Part shown: one piece after another, positions 1 through 10,440 of the stretch
Numbering within the stretch: position 1 is the first letter of the stretch
Layout: each line of letters begins with the position of its first letter
Assembly: GCA_037308085.1 (NCBI GenBank)
Contig: CP147779.1
Span: 1,728,001 to 1,792,000 of the forward strand
DNA: 64,000 nucleotides
Source of the DNA: Promethearchaeati archaeon SRVP18_Atabeyarchaeia-1
GTDB taxonomy: Archaea > Asgardarchaeota > Atabeyarchaeia > Atabeyarchaeales > Atabeyarchaeaceae
Reading direction: 5' to 3'
The notes under the pieces: model-generated
What the model was told of the DNA's origin: nothing
Databases searched by the model: none
What the model saw: only the letters and a program-made list of their open reading frames with translations
Translations under genes and position numbers: made by a program

Positions 1-298
1 GCTTGGACAGCTGGAGAAGGGAAAGGTGACCTCAACCATCACCGTAATATCAGAGCATGAGCGACACGACGTGGACGAGCGCCTGACCAGACTCAGGCAT
101 GAACACGATGACATAATCTCGGGTAACATGCACATACACTTGGGAAAGGCATATTGCCTCGAGATCTTCATCACAGAAGGCGATGTCGAGCAGGTACTAC
201 AGTTCATAGGGAGAATCAGGGCGATGAGGGGAATACAGCAGGTGAAATATACCATAGTCCCTTTGACGAAGATTGAGGAAAAAGAGAAAACGCAATAG
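1..298 (+). CDS. nikR: NikR-family nickel-responsive regulator, C-terminal part (5'-truncated by window edge)
   Basis: HEHDDII..MHIHL...CLE motif of the NikR metal-binding domain; frame is open back to base 2. Confidence 0.8.
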   Translation, partial: LGQLEKGKVTSTITVISEHERHDVDERLTRLRHEHDDIISGNMHIHLGKAYCLEIFITEGDVEQVLQFIGRIRAMRGIQQVKYTIVPLTKIEEKEKTQ

Positions 299-351
299 CA
301 TTTGCACGGGGTCTCCAAGGGAAAACGTGCATATTCAGTAATGACTGATCA

Positions 352-1149
352 CTAGAAGAGAATGGAGAGGCAAGTCAGGCTGCCTTCGCATTTCTTGAAC
401 TCCGAGACATCAAGTTCCTCTGTGGTGAATCCTTCCTTTTCGATCAGGTTCCTCGTCACTGGATATCCCTTTGAGACAAAAACCGTGCCGTTCACAGCTA
501 GACAGTTGGCCGCATAAGCTTCTTCCTTTGGCAGGAGAATCAAGTTGAAAGATGAGAGTACACCCAGATCGAAGTATCCCGGATTCGCGACGATGTAATG
601 ATCCCCAATATAGGAGCACGCTGATTTGAAGTGCAGTATTTTCTCAACTCTCACTGGGGTCACGTGACATTCCTCATTTTTCAGAGTCTCTTTCAGTTGA
701 TTCACGCCTTCCATGTTCGTTCGACTGGTGACCCCGATGAACAAATCGCTGTCCACCTTTAGGACATCTCCTCCTTCGATTGTAGCTGGCGGTCGAATGG
801 TCACCGTATTCTTGAATAGACTGGAGAGAGTCTTTCTCACTCCCTCAATTTCTCCCACCCTTGATCTAGCCCCCATTCTGCATATGACTGCGTTTTGTCT
901 GTATACTATTGCAGGGTCTTCTACGAAGACGCAGTCAGGGAAGGAATTGTCCGCAGGAACTCGGATCAGCTTCAGGGTTCTTCTCTGCAACGCATCACAG
1001 TACAGATCGTGTTGCTTCCTGGCGAGACTGATGTCGACCTCTTCTCTCGCTGAGTAGACTCTCACACATTTATGAAGAGTATCTGCGACCTGCCGGACAA
1101 CGGCATGCGTGAAGTGTGGTGTGTTACTGCTACCTATTTGGCATCCCAC
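352..1149 (-). CDS. Dimethylarginine dimethylaminohydrolase / amidinotransferase family
   Basis: FPDCVFVED, EGGDVL, LHFKS and GSLTCLS catalytic motifs. Confidence 0.9.
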   Translation of the reverse strand: MGCQIGSSNTPHFTHAVVRQVADTLHKCVRVYSAREEVDISLARKQHDLYCDALQRRTLKLIRVPADNSFPDCVFVEDPAIVYRQNAVICRMGARSRVGEIEGVRKTLSSLFKNTVTIRPPATIEGGDVLKVDSDLFIGVTSRTNMEGVNQLKETLKNEECHVTPVRVEKILHFKSACSYIGDHYIVANPGYFDLGVLSSFNLILLPKEEAYAANCLAVNGTVFVSKGYPVTRNLIEKEGFTTEELDVSEFKKCEGSLTCLSILF

Positions 1150-1292
1150 CTAAATGCGCTTCACCAAGGCGAAAATAGGCTTGATCCATGTAAACACATT
1201 TCAGGCTGGTAATAGGCAATGGCACGCTGGAGAAGAGCCTTTCTTTTTCAGGACGCGGTTCCGTCGACTGTAGGGTCGACCGACGAGAGGAA

Positions 1293-2402
1293 TCATGGGA
1301 TCAGCTGTGAGAGATCCCAGAGATTGAGACCACCCATCTCCCCTCCCGAAACAAGGTGCTTTCCATCTGGGAGGAAGGCAATCGTTTCCACTGGTTCCTT
1401 CGGGCTGGGATATTTCGATTGTGGTCCAAAATCGTCGTGAGAGGGTTTTGTCTGAAACTCTCCTATCATCTTACCGGTTTCGAGGTTCCACAAGGTGAGC
1501 ATAGAGTAGCTGGGTGTGACGAGATACTTCCCGTCGGGCGAGAGCGCAATTGAGGTGCAGCTACTCTCCCATCCAGCGTATTTGATCGAATCCATCTCGT
1601 TGAGTGAGGGCAGTTCCAAGAACCTTGTTCTTGAGTCCGAGTCCAAGGCCAAATAATCTCCGTTGGGCATTACCGCTGCCGCGCCCAGATGGTCATCGAA
1701 TGTTTTCTCCTGCACCACCTTCCCTTTTGACGCATCGCAGAGAACAAGTTTCTTGGATTGATGTGAACTAGATATGAAATACTTCGAGTCTGGCGTGAAT
1801 GTCAAACATTGAACAGCCATATTGGGTTTCACTTCGTGAACATCCAATTCAGGCCAGTTCATCGTCCATTCTTCGGGTCCTATATTAGGTGAGCTTAGAA
1901 AGCTCAGATCAAGCTCGTACAGAAATACATGTTCAGAATTGTCCGTCGCGAGCAGGAACCGTTCATCCGGAGAGACTGCAAGGCGGAATACACTCTTCAT
2001 CTTTGATTCCATAACATGAAAAGGAACGTGCTGAAATGGCTCCTTTAAGGCCATAAACGCGATCGTACCGTCACTCATACCTTGAATCAAGCACGGCTGC
2101 TTGGGCGTAAGTGCCGAACAGTATACCCTTGACTTCAACCCTTGAGGGCTGTATGCCGCTATCCCCGAGTTATCCAGCGCCCTCCACAAAAGCGTGCACC
2201 AATTCCAGTGGGTAGCGAGTACGGCTTCGTTGCCGAGAGGGATGAGATCTCTGATCGGTGTCTCGGCTTCTCGGGGAGGAATGAATAGCGGTCTCCCCCG
2301 AGCCTCGGGGTCATCAAAGTACCGTGAGCGCAAGTTGGTCTGGTAGCGTTCTTCCCAGCCAGATTGCAGCTTCAAGGGATGCCATACGTGAACGAGCGAC
2401 AT
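1293..2402 (-). CDS. WD40-repeat beta-propeller protein
   Basis: Repeated SPDG/TPDS blades ending LWNL/LWDL. Confidence 0.8.
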   Translation of the reverse strand: MSLVHVWHPLKLQSGWEERYQTNLRSRYFDDPEARGRPLFIPPREAETPIRDLIPLGNEAVLATHWNWCTLLWRALDNSGIAAYSPQGLKSRVYCSALTPKQPCLIQGMSDGTIAFMALKEPFQHVPFHVMESKMKSVFRLAVSPDERFLLATDNSEHVFLYELDLSFLSSPNIGPEEWTMNWPELDVHEVKPNMAVQCLTFTPDSKYFISSSHQSKKLVLCDASKGKVVQEKTFDDHLGAAAVMPNGDYLALDSDSRTRFLELPSLNEMDSIKYAGWESSCTSIALSPDGKYLVTPSYSMLTLWNLETGKMIGEFQTKPSHDDFGPQSKYPSPKEPVETIAFLPDGKHLVSGGEMGGLNLWDLSQLIP

Positions 2403-2639
2403 ACCCCTTTCCTCCAGTCATGTATAGTGACCGATGCTTCCTTCCTATCTTAAAAAAGCTTTTGATGCCGAAGGCGAATGCGCCACCAAGAGAATCTTAA
2501 GCGGTGGCTGACATATTCCCGAAGCCCTCAATGTTATCGCTTATGCGTATAAACAACGAAGGGAAGTGTTGTCGAAGACCACAGGCAGCTTCTTCGCGCA
2601 CGTTGTCACAGAAATCTCAGGAAGGACTGGATGATCCAT

Positions 2640-3077
2640 ATGCCTATCCCAAGAGGAGATTGGCCGCAAGCGGGTTTCAGGATCGAGAATCTTACCTGGT
2701 TTGCAGACGGCATCTTCGCGTTTTCGATAACTTAGTTGGCCATAGATACTAGAGTACCTGACATACCTGCGAATCTCCTTGCCGCGGAACTGCCTCTGGG
2801 CACAGCAAATCTAATTCCAAGGATTACAGGTTTCCTGATTACTTTCTGGATTGTTGGTAGTTACTGGGTGGTCCATCGCCGGATTGACAAGAGACTAGAT
2901 TCGCGGCTAATAAGAGGCATATCTCTTCGCAACCTTGTCTCTCCGGCTGTCTTCCTTGCATCAATTCCACTCTTCTACTTTGCCTCGACTTTTGCACCTT
3001 TCACCGCTTCTTTCATCGAATACTTCTGGTTCCTCTTGGTGCCATTTCACTCCATCATAGATCGCAGGCACAGGTGA
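2640..3077 (+). pseudogene. TMEM175-family K+ channel pseudogene
   Basis: ATG at 2640 reads ...FADGIFAFSIT*LAID with an in-frame TAG at 2733-2735; central helices appear deleted (WVVHRR joins directly to IDKRLDSRLIR). Confidence 0.7.
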
Positions 3078-3172
3078 AAACCGTCAGGCTTGGCCTTGAG
3101 CGGAAGGTATTTATCAAAGGGTAAAATCAAAGTGGATCGCGAAAGCCAGCGACGAGAAACACTCCGACTTAT

Positions 3173-3838
3173 GTGGTGGTTCTTGCAAAATTGCCGAGCA
3201 ACAATACATTCGCCGAGCCTACGCCACGTATTGAGACTCTTTCTGACATGATATTCGGTCTTGCGCTATCAATCGCGGCATTTGCACTTATCGACATGCC
3301 GCCAACCGACCTGAATGAGATCCTGGGCGACATTGTCTTGTTCGGGTTCAATTTCCTAGTCCTGATCTCTGTCTGGCTGAGATACTCGGCAATTATGTCA
3401 GTGCTTCCAGTGGAGACGCGTTTGGCAATGCTCCTAAACGTCGCGTTGTTGTTCCTCGTCGGAATTGAGCCCTACACGTTCAATCTTGTGAGTTTAATAG
3501 GCAGTTTCAGCAGCAGCCAACTTGACGAATATGCCTCTGTAGTCTACGCGCTTGACATGGCGGGACTGATGTTGTTGCTGGCTTCCTTTTCACATGTCCT
3601 ATCGACCGGGAAGAAGCTTGTGACACCACCCAGAGCACTGAGATATCATAAAGTCAGAAATGTCCTTTTCCTGTCTGCTGTGCTATTCTTGATAACCTTA
3701 TTGCCGCAGTTCTGGGAGATGAGAGTCAATGGCGCACCAATAAGATTCTATCTGTGGGCTATCCCTCTAGGTATCTCCTTTACCAGAAGAGGCTATAGCC
3801 TTCCGGGTGAAAAAGCCTATTCGCGTAGGAGGAGATAG
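3173..3838 (+). CDS. TMEM175-family membrane protein
   Basis: RIETLSDMIFGLALSI signature and about six TM segments. Confidence 0.8.
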   Translation: MVVLAKLPSNNTFAEPTPRIETLSDMIFGLALSIAAFALIDMPPTDLNEILGDIVLFGFNFLVLISVWLRYSAIMSVLPVETRLAMLLNVALLFLVGIEPYTFNLVSLIGSFSSSQLDEYASVVYALDMAGLMLLLASFSHVLSTGKKLVTPPRALRYHKVRNVLFLSAVLFLITLLPQFWEMRVNGAPIRFYLWAIPLGISFTRRGYSLPGEKAYSRRRR

Positions 3839-3870
3839 TGGGAACTGCGAGGACCTCGTAACCCGCAAAC

Positions 3871-4140
3871 TTACATCTTCATCTGCCCCAGCCAATCACC
3901 AGAGTCATTCGGGGGCATCACTCTTGCCAGTGCCGTATGATCGGGAACAAAATCTAACAGGTCTGTAATTACCTTGTCCCACGTGATTGAGAACAAGAGA
4001 ATGCGTTTCCTTCCAAACTCAGCAGCGAGCGCCCCAAATGTGATAACTCCAGTAACTGTTGCCATGTGCTTATTGGAGAAGACGAATCCGAGCAGCACAT
4101 TACTGGCTCCCAGTTCTGGTTTGATCCATAGTGACAGCAT
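3871..4140 (-). pseudogene. Fragment of an MFS transporter
   Basis: FGALAAEFGRKRILL resembles MFS motif A; only about 90 codons. Confidence 0.35.
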
Positions 4141-4184
4141 GTCTATTACTTACCGGATAGGATGCGGCATGCACCCATCCCAGG

Positions 4185-4290
4185 GACATCGAGACGGAGG
4201 CTACGGATTCCTTTTTGACGCGATTAGCCTCTGTCAAAGTGCCCCGCCACTTCTCCGAGTGCGCAATATGAGGTGCTCGGCGTACTATCT
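4185..4290 (-). pseudogene. Decayed copy of the 3' end of the nitrilase gene (5321..6220)
   Basis: Reads VA..LTEANRVK...RLDV versus parent VAELDLTEVRRTR...RLEL, collinear with indels. Confidence 0.45.
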
Positions 4291-4301
4291 TTCAGCCCCT
4301 G

Positions 4302-5243
4302 CTACTTGACTATTCGGTTTTCGCCTTCGATCTTTCTTATATCGGTTATATCTTGCACTACCTCCATGGTTCCAAGATAGCGACCATCATGATCTCTTAC
4401 GGCGAAGTACCTAATGTAGACCTTTCTTCCCTTCACATCGATCCAAGATTCAGCGACATCCTTTTCCCCGCTCCTAAGATCGGCCAATAGCTGGTTAACG
4501 CTGCGAATGCTCTTCTCTGGGTGACATTTCTGGACTTTTCTGCCTATTGCGGCTCTTGGTCTCGCGAAGTACTTCTTCTCTTTCTCCTTGTTGAAGTATC
4601 TCAAGGTTTCGTCTGAGTCAATGAATGTTATCTCCATCGGAATCGTGTTGAGCATCGCGTCCAAGACCTCGACCGGGAGGTTTTTGACTAGCGGTTCAGA
4701 GGCTGTCTCCTTTTCAAGCTTCGCAGCCAGTTCAAGGTACTTGTCATGAAAACCTTCGCCCAGTGCTCCTTCTATCTCCTCGAAGCCGGTTACCAGCTTC
4801 CTAGCATCGGCTTCGCTTAGAATCCTCTTCCCCATGGGGTAAAGCGTGTCGTCCTCTTTCCAAACGTGATCCTTTACAAGTTCCGCAAGTTGTTTTGACT
4901 CGACCTGAACGGACTTCGTGTCGCCTTTGGCGAGTCTACCCTTGATGGTTCGAAGGAACTCGCGCTCCTTCTCGTGCTCTGAAAGCATCACTCCTATTGG
5001 TCCCTGCTCCTTAGGAATGCCTCGTAGTTCAAGTAGAGGGAATAGGACCTTCTCCTCCTTCGTGTTATGGCACTTATCCATGAAGTTCTCGAGGAACTCA
5101 AGGCACGTACTCGTTCTCTCCTGAGGACCGTTGCTTTTCTCCTCAGCACTGCTAGGCTTCCCTGCTGCCCCTACCAGCACGGTCACAACTCTCTCTATGA
5201 CTCTATGCTCTCCCATGAGCATCTCGTCCCAACGCTCCGTCAT
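4302..5243 (-). CDS. Hemerythrin (HHE) + PAS domain protein
   Basis: EH..IE, CHNTKEE..LFP, EH and HVWKED motifs; C-terminal PAS (IGRKVQKCHP, YLGTMEVVQDIT). Confidence 0.85.
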   Translation of the reverse strand: MTERWDEMLMGEHRVIERVVTVLVGAAGKPSSAEEKSNGPQERTSTCLEFLENFMDKCHNTKEEKVLFPLLELRGIPKEQGPIGVMLSEHEKEREFLRTIKGRLAKGDTKSVQVESKQLAELVKDHVWKEDDTLYPMGKRILSEADARKLVTGFEEIEGALGEGFHDKYLELAAKLEKETASEPLVKNLPVEVLDAMLNTIPMEITFIDSDETLRYFNKEKEKKYFARPRAAIGRKVQKCHPEKSIRSVNQLLADLRSGEKDVAESWIDVKGRKVYIRYFAVRDHDGRYLGTMEVVQDITDIRKIEGENRIVK

Positions 5244-5320
5244 TTCCCTTGTTCACCTCTTGCAGTGATTTGCATCGAAATAGTGTGAATAGAAAAATAA
5301 ACTTGTTGTTTGGGTCCACC

Positions 5321-6220
5321 TCAGCGGAGAGAGGTGCTCGCATTTCTATGGTGCGTTGCAAGCTTATCATAGAGTTCAAGCCGAACATCTTTCGACAACA
5401 TCGGCAGGAATGGCCTTGTTCTTCTTACTTCGGTGAGATCAAGTTCTGCAACTACCGAGTCCTCTTCGTCGTACTTGGCCTTGGCGACAACCGTTCCCGC
5501 CGGCGAAACCACGTGCGAACCTCCCCAGAAGACGAGGTTCTCCTCCACGCCTGCTAAGTTGCAGAGAATCACGAAGACGCCATTCTCTATTGCCCTAGCC
5601 TTGGTCAACACCTCAAAGAAGTCCTTCCGAGCGCTTGGCGAAGCAGTCGGATAGATCAGGATTTCCGCTCCCTTCAAAGCATAGAAGCGTGCCAGCTCCG
5701 GGAAGTAGATGTCATAGCATATGCCGAGCGCCATATCGCCCAGGCAAGTTGAGAAGACCTCGGCTTTGGATCCTGGTGTGAAGTACCGCTTTTCGTCAAA
5801 CACGCTATGCCCGGGAAGAAACCACTTTCTATACTTCCCGATCAATCCCTTCTTTCCGCCCATAAGCACAACGGAATTGTAGAGGGTTCCTTCAACACCT
5901 GAACAAGCTTCGGGCATACCGAAGACAACATGAACCTTCGAACCTGCAAGCAGGCTGGCCACTCTTGATGTGAAGGGTCCGGGAATCGGCTCTGCGATCT
6001 TGTAGAACGAATCGTAGCAAAGGTAACCTGTGGCGCTAAGCTCAGGAAAAACAACAAGGTTCACCTCTTCAGCTTTGGCCTTGTTTATGAACTTCCTGTA
6101 GACCTCAAAGTTGGCTTCCTTGTCTCCAACGGTTGAATTCATCTGCACGAGCATAACCCTAATAGAGCCAGGTGTCTCATTCTTTTCCCTGCATGTGTCG
6201 CCGTTTGCAGCTGCGGTCAA
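5321..6220 (-). CDS. Carbon-nitrogen hydrolase (nitrilase superfamily)
   Basis: E-K-C triad in FPEL, YRK and ICYD motifs. Confidence 0.9.
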   Translation of the reverse strand: MTAAANGDTCREKNETPGSIRVMLVQMNSTVGDKEANFEVYRKFINKAKAEEVNLVVFPELSATGYLCYDSFYKIAEPIPGPFTSRVASLLAGSKVHVVFGMPEACSGVEGTLYNSVVLMGGKKGLIGKYRKWFLPGHSVFDEKRYFTPGSKAEVFSTCLGDMALGICYDIYFPELARFYALKGAEILIYPTASPSARKDFFEVLTKARAIENGVFVILCNLAGVEENLVFWGGSHVVSPAGTVVAKAKYDEEDSVVAELDLTEVRRTRPFLPMLSKDVRLELYDKLATHHRNASTSLR

Positions 6221-6416
6221 TCCGGCTCACCTCGGCGCCTTTTACAGTGGATTACTACTCTCATGGGCGATATATCTTCTTTCTTCTTGGTCTGATCAAT
6301 CAAGAACTAATGAAACCAAGGGGTAACTATGCCGAGACACGTTTAGTCTTGGGTCCATTGTCAATGAGAAGACCGAGAAGTGAAGTCCTTCGGCGGGTTC
6401 TGGCTAAACAGTACAC

Positions 6417-7070
6417 TCAAGGTCTGAATATCTTGGCAACGCAATTGGGCGGTTTTAACTCAATTATCTCATAATCATGAGCAATATTAGTCACGACCTC
6501 AGCAGTTACTGCACTACCCAAGCTGATCGTGCAGAGCGGTTTCTTGCTGCCGACCCTCATGATTCCTTCAGAGATCAACTTCCTGCAACCGTCCCCATTC
6601 GGGCAGTCTCTTATTTGTAGCTCAGAAGAACTCTCATCGCCTCTACAGTTATACGAATTCTCGTCAAGCAACTCTATCGATGTTGCAACCTTCTTGAACG
6701 CCTCAAGCGCCGCAGTGGTGTTGTCGCCTTTCCCAACCAATCCACCCACACCGTCCAATTCAGTCAAGCGCTTCACCACGTCCCTCAAATAGAGTCGGCT
6801 TGCAGGTCCAGCAGCGCCTTGAAGTACACTCTCCGCTTTTCCTATACCGTACCAGAAGGCACAGTGCCCTAACGGGTACTTGTCAAGTCTACTTCTCACA
6901 TAATCCGCAGCTTCTTGCAGGTCTTTGACTCTCGGGGGGTCCTCTCCAACCTCGTCACTCACGAAGCTGACCACAGCGTCGCGGACAAGATTCGAGAATA
7001 CTCCCCCATAAACCTCTGAAAGCTTCTCGGCTGTCATAACTCCAAAAGTAATCAAGATTTCGGGCTGCAA
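6417..7070 (-). CDS. Hypothetical protein with C-terminal four-Cys V4R-like domain; paralog of 50160..50819
   Basis: DCPNGDGC...C...DY....PPNC pattern shared with the paralog. Confidence 0.65.
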   Translation of the reverse strand: MQPEILITFGVMTAEKLSEVYGGVFSNLVRDAVVSFVSDEVGEDPPRVKDLQEAADYVRSRLDKYPLGHCAFWYGIGKAESVLQGAAGPASRLYLRDVVKRLTELDGVGGLVGKGDNTTAALEAFKKVATSIELLDENSYNCRGDESSSELQIRDCPNGDGCRKLISEGIMRVGSKKPLCTISLGSAVTAEVVTNIAHDYEIIELKPPNCVAKIFRP

Positions 7071-7363
7071 TGTGGCTCAGCTCCAAGTCGCGTAGAATGG
7101 GGAGGGGTCGTTATAGTGGAATATGCGGGGTCATTCTATTTAAGAGCAATCATACACGTGCGATTTTCGCAGTCTTGCGAGACCTAAGGTCTTCGTAGAG
7201 AGGTGAATTAGTGACCTGGGAGAAGGTCACATGCCATGGCATTAAGAAAATAGAGTCAGCGTTACCTCATTTTTTTCCGCCGTGAGTACGCTACCTAGCC
7301 ATTTTAAGTAGCTCTCACTTTCTGCTACTACCGGGATGGCAATGATTTCTGGAACTTCATAAG

Positions 7364-8823
7364 GGTTCCGAACTGTTCGGATGGATTGTATAAATACGTA
7401 TAGTGACATATGAGCGGGCATGGAACAACTACTTCCTCCTGGGGAAGCATCCAGACTGCTCAAGGCCTGCCTCAACAAGACTAGTACAGACACAGCAAGA
7501 GTCACGGTGGCGACCCATCGAGAGAGACACCGGTGGATGGCGATGGAAGGCGAGAAGAGACCCCTCACAGTAAGGTACCAAGCCTCGGAGAGCGTCCTAA
7601 CATACCTCAGAGATATGAGAGACGCCTTAAAGGAGGCCCTCGCCCACGGATACGCCTTGGCGGAGACAAACCCAAACAAGGAAGTACCGAACCCAATAAT
7701 GCTGAGGAGGAAAGTGAAGCCCTGGTTCGACGCCCGTTACAGCTATGCGAAGCACCATGTCAACCCCCTCTGCAGGTCCGCCGTGGCTTTGCTCAGGTCG
7801 TACAGGAAACGCAACAAGAAGCTGGGCTTACCACGGATCAGCAGGCTCGCCATGAGGATCGACTCCGAGCTATTCCGCTTCAAGAAGAACGACGGTGGAG
7901 CAGCCAGCATCAGAGTAACCCTGCAGCCACTCCACTACGAGTACATCACCTTCACCCCAAGCCACAAGAAGTGGAGCATGTACAGCAGCGCGGGTAAGAT
8001 ATCCGAGATCCTACTGACCGACAGAAAGCTGTGCATCACCTTCGTTGTGGGGGCTGATAGTAGGAAGCCTCTCGGCAAGAGGCTGGTGGGCTCGGACCTC
8101 AATTTCCACAGTATGGACTCCACGGCGTTCGGCGGCGACGGGTTGGAGCCACCCCACACCGAGCCCCTTGGCAGGATAGTTCAAGTTCAGAACGACTTCT
8201 CGAGGAGGCGGAGGAGACTCCAGCTGCACGTCAAGAACCCAAAGAAGAGAGCAAGGAAGCTAACCGAGACACGCGGCAGGCAGAAGAACAGGGTCACGGA
8301 CGAGCTACACAAGCTTTCAACAAGAATCGTCCGGGAGAACCCTGGCACATCCTTCATCTTCGAGGACTTGGAGGGCATAAGAGGAAAGGCAGGGAAAAGA
8401 AAGACGACGAGCAGGAAGCTGAGGACCTATTTGAATCGCTGGCCCTACTGAGCGTTCCAGGGGATGGTGGAGTATAAGAGCCGATGTAGAACGCTTTACG
8501 TTGACCCAAGGGGGACCTCATCGAAGTGTCCCGTCTGCGGTGGAGTCTTGGAGCACCCAGCTTGGGCAGTAAGCAGGTGCAGGAAATGTGGCGTAGACTA
8601 CGACCGGGACAGGCTCGCAAGCTTGGCGATACTCCAGCGTGGCCTGCGCCTATGCGGCCAACCGTTTACGGTGAGTGCGGGCGCCTCTTGGCAGCCTTTG
8701 AGGAGTGAATACCTGTACACTCCCGGAGAGCCGAAGGCTGGGAGAGCAGGCGGGACCGAACGGGTTGCCAACGCACCGAATAGAAATGCGGACTTCTATG
8801 AATCTCCACATTTCCAGAAACGG
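7364..8823 (+). mobile_element. Non-autonomous IS607-family element (tnpA remnant plus tnpB)
   Basis: GG at both junctions (ATAAG-GG-TTCC ... GAAAC-GG-TGGATC; empty site ATAAG-GG-TGGATC); palindrome TCCGAAC-T-GTTCGGA at the left end; MEQLLPPGEASRLL at 7420 resembles the IS607 TnpA N-terminus. Confidence 0.8.
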
Positions 8824-8859
8824 TGGATCTTCAGAACGGCTTCCTCTATTCGCTGGTAG
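7537..8859 (+). pseudogene. tnpB: RNA-guided nuclease TnpB with one in-frame TGA (8449-8451)
   Basis: RuvC motifs GSDLN, FEDL and DRD plus Zn finger CPVCG/CRKCG; reads NRWPY*AFQGMVEYK in one frame. Confidence 0.85.
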
Positions 8860-9172
8860 AGGGCTTTCTCTGTCTTAGCCATGCGAAGGCAATCTTTAGA
8901 AGTTACAATGCTTCCATTCCACCAGTAAGTGCTCGTGATCGGTCCGGCCAGCTGCACGCAGCCAGCCAACTTCTCTTCGACCAGCGTTTTGGCGATTGCG
9001 TCGGCATCTTCTTTCCTGCCGACGGTGGTAAAGACTTGTATATAGTCGCTTTCCAATGATCATACCTCCAACGGGGCGGGAAAAGACAAGCAGTTGCCAT
9101 TTGAAAAGAGTTAATAATTCCGCAATCTAGTATGATCCGATGAACAACCACATCAGCTTTTGGGGGAAGCTT

Positions 9173-10033
9173 ATGAAACTGGAGAGTAGCTTGCTGGCAA
9201 TTGACCTCGAATCGACCGAGAAGAGGATCTTGAAATTCCTTCAGGCTCGGCTATTGGAGAGTGGACGGAAGGGTTTTGTCGTGGGGCTCTCAGGAGGGGT
9301 TGACAGCTCAACGACTGCCACACTTTGCGTCAAGGCGGTTTCGCCCGACAACGTCCTTGGTTTGATAATGCCTCACAGGGAAAGCAATCCCCAGGACAGA
9401 GAGCATGCCATGCTTTTGGTTGAGAGCCTCAAGATACCCTACAGGCTCGTTGACATAACTAGTGCAGTCGAGGCAGTCAAAGCAAACATCACCGATCTTG
9501 CTCCGAGCGGAAATCTAGGAAAGGGCGAAGAGCAGAGGAGGCAAAATGCAATCGGAAATGTAAAGGCGAGGATCAGGATGGTGAACCTGTACCTGGCTGC
9601 GAACACTAGGGGCAGCTTGGTTGTCGGCTCAGGAGATAAAAGCGAGATCCTGGTCGGGTACTTCACGAAGTACGGCGACGGTGGCGCTGACATATTCCCT
9701 ATCGCAGACCTGTACAAGACACAGGTCAGAGCACTCGCCCGCCACATTGGCGTCCCAGAAACCATTGTCTCCAAGCCCTCCTCACCTGGGCTCTGGAGAG
9801 GACAGACGGCCGAGACAGAAATAGGGTTCAAGTACGAGCAGCTAGATCTCATCCTGTACGGATTGGAAAGATTCATGAGGCCGGAAGAGATAGCCGATCA
9901 ACTCGGAATGCAGGTTGAAGCCGTCACCAAAGTTGAGAACATGCTCAAGAGAGCTGAGCACAAGCGTAGAGGGGGAATCGTACTGAAGCTGGGCTACAGG
10001 ACACCGACAATGGACTGGAGAATGCCAATATAG
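9173..10033 (+). CDS. nadE: NH3-dependent NAD+ synthetase
   Basis: GLSGGVDS, GNVKARIRM, GYFTKYGDG and EHKR motifs. Confidence 0.95.
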   Translation: MKLESSLLAIDLESTEKRILKFLQARLLESGRKGFVVGLSGGVDSSTTATLCVKAVSPDNVLGLIMPHRESNPQDREHAMLLVESLKIPYRLVDITSAVEAVKANITDLAPSGNLGKGEEQRRQNAIGNVKARIRMVNLYLAANTRGSLVVGSGDKSEILVGYFTKYGDGGADIFPIADLYKTQVRALARHIGVPETIVSKPSSPGLWRGQTAETEIGFKYEQLDLILYGLERFMRPEEIADQLGMQVEAVTKVENMLKRAEHKRRGGIVLKLGYRTPTMDWRMPI

Positions 10034-10440
10034 ATATCTGTAAGATCATCGGGCGATAGACTCTAGCGTCGGCTAATCCACTTCTGCTCCTCGTCTAGTC
10101 TAGGAGTCGGGCAAAAAAACTGGATGTGAAGCTCGGAACTGCATAGGTGGCCGTGAGCCTAGATAGAGGGTCTGAGCCTTGAGGTAACATTCTTCTCCGG
10201 TCCGGCACGAATGCAGCAGTCAACCTTGCCATGAAGATTTCAAGCAGCAGGAGAATGTTCCTACAGGTTTGTATGGTACCTGCACCACCTTGACAGCATG
10301 CTTATGCTGGAACTCTGGAGAATCTTATTAGGTTCACAACTCGGAATGCTTTCTGAACTCACCATAGAAAGGTATTTTTGTTCTTTTTGTGCAGTATACT
10401 CGTGTAGCAAGATTCCGGATGAAAATGGGGGAGTAGTGTT

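Larger units (their letters stand above)
7242..9056 (-). pseudogene. cutA: Divalent-cation tolerance protein CutA, interrupted by an IS607-type element
   Basis: 5' half 8824..9056 (LAGCVQ..ITSTYWW..KIH) and 3' half 7242..7365 (PYEVPEIIAIPV..YLKWL); removing 7366..8823 restores KIH-PYE in frame. Confidence 0.9.

Noticed and set aside
2733-2735. In-frame TAG as pyrrolysine recoding
   Set aside because: Many intact genes here end in TAG, the codon sits at a Leu position (TTG to TAG), and the gene also carries a deletion.
6280-6415. Possible cutA 3' scar after the V4R-like gene; similar faint hints at 19405-19460, 26330-26400, 36700-36800 and 55290-55375
   Set aside because: Matches are a few codons long and could arise by chance once one is looking for them.
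8449-8451. In-frame TGA in tnpB as selenocysteine or programmed readthrough
   Set aside because: Not a Cys position (Arg CGA/AGA is the likely ancestor), no SECIS recognised, and the element is otherwise decayed.
7364-8823. IStron (self-splicing IS607) that would restore cutA mRNA
   Set aside because: The element is antisense to cutA, and the short left end leaves no room for a group I intron core.
10060-10330. Possible MvhD-like (hydrogenase Fe-S subunit) pseudogene on the minus strand
   Set aside because: Only scattered resemblance across three frames (VKVVQVP, LLLEIF, C..GE.CY); not supportable without an HMM search.
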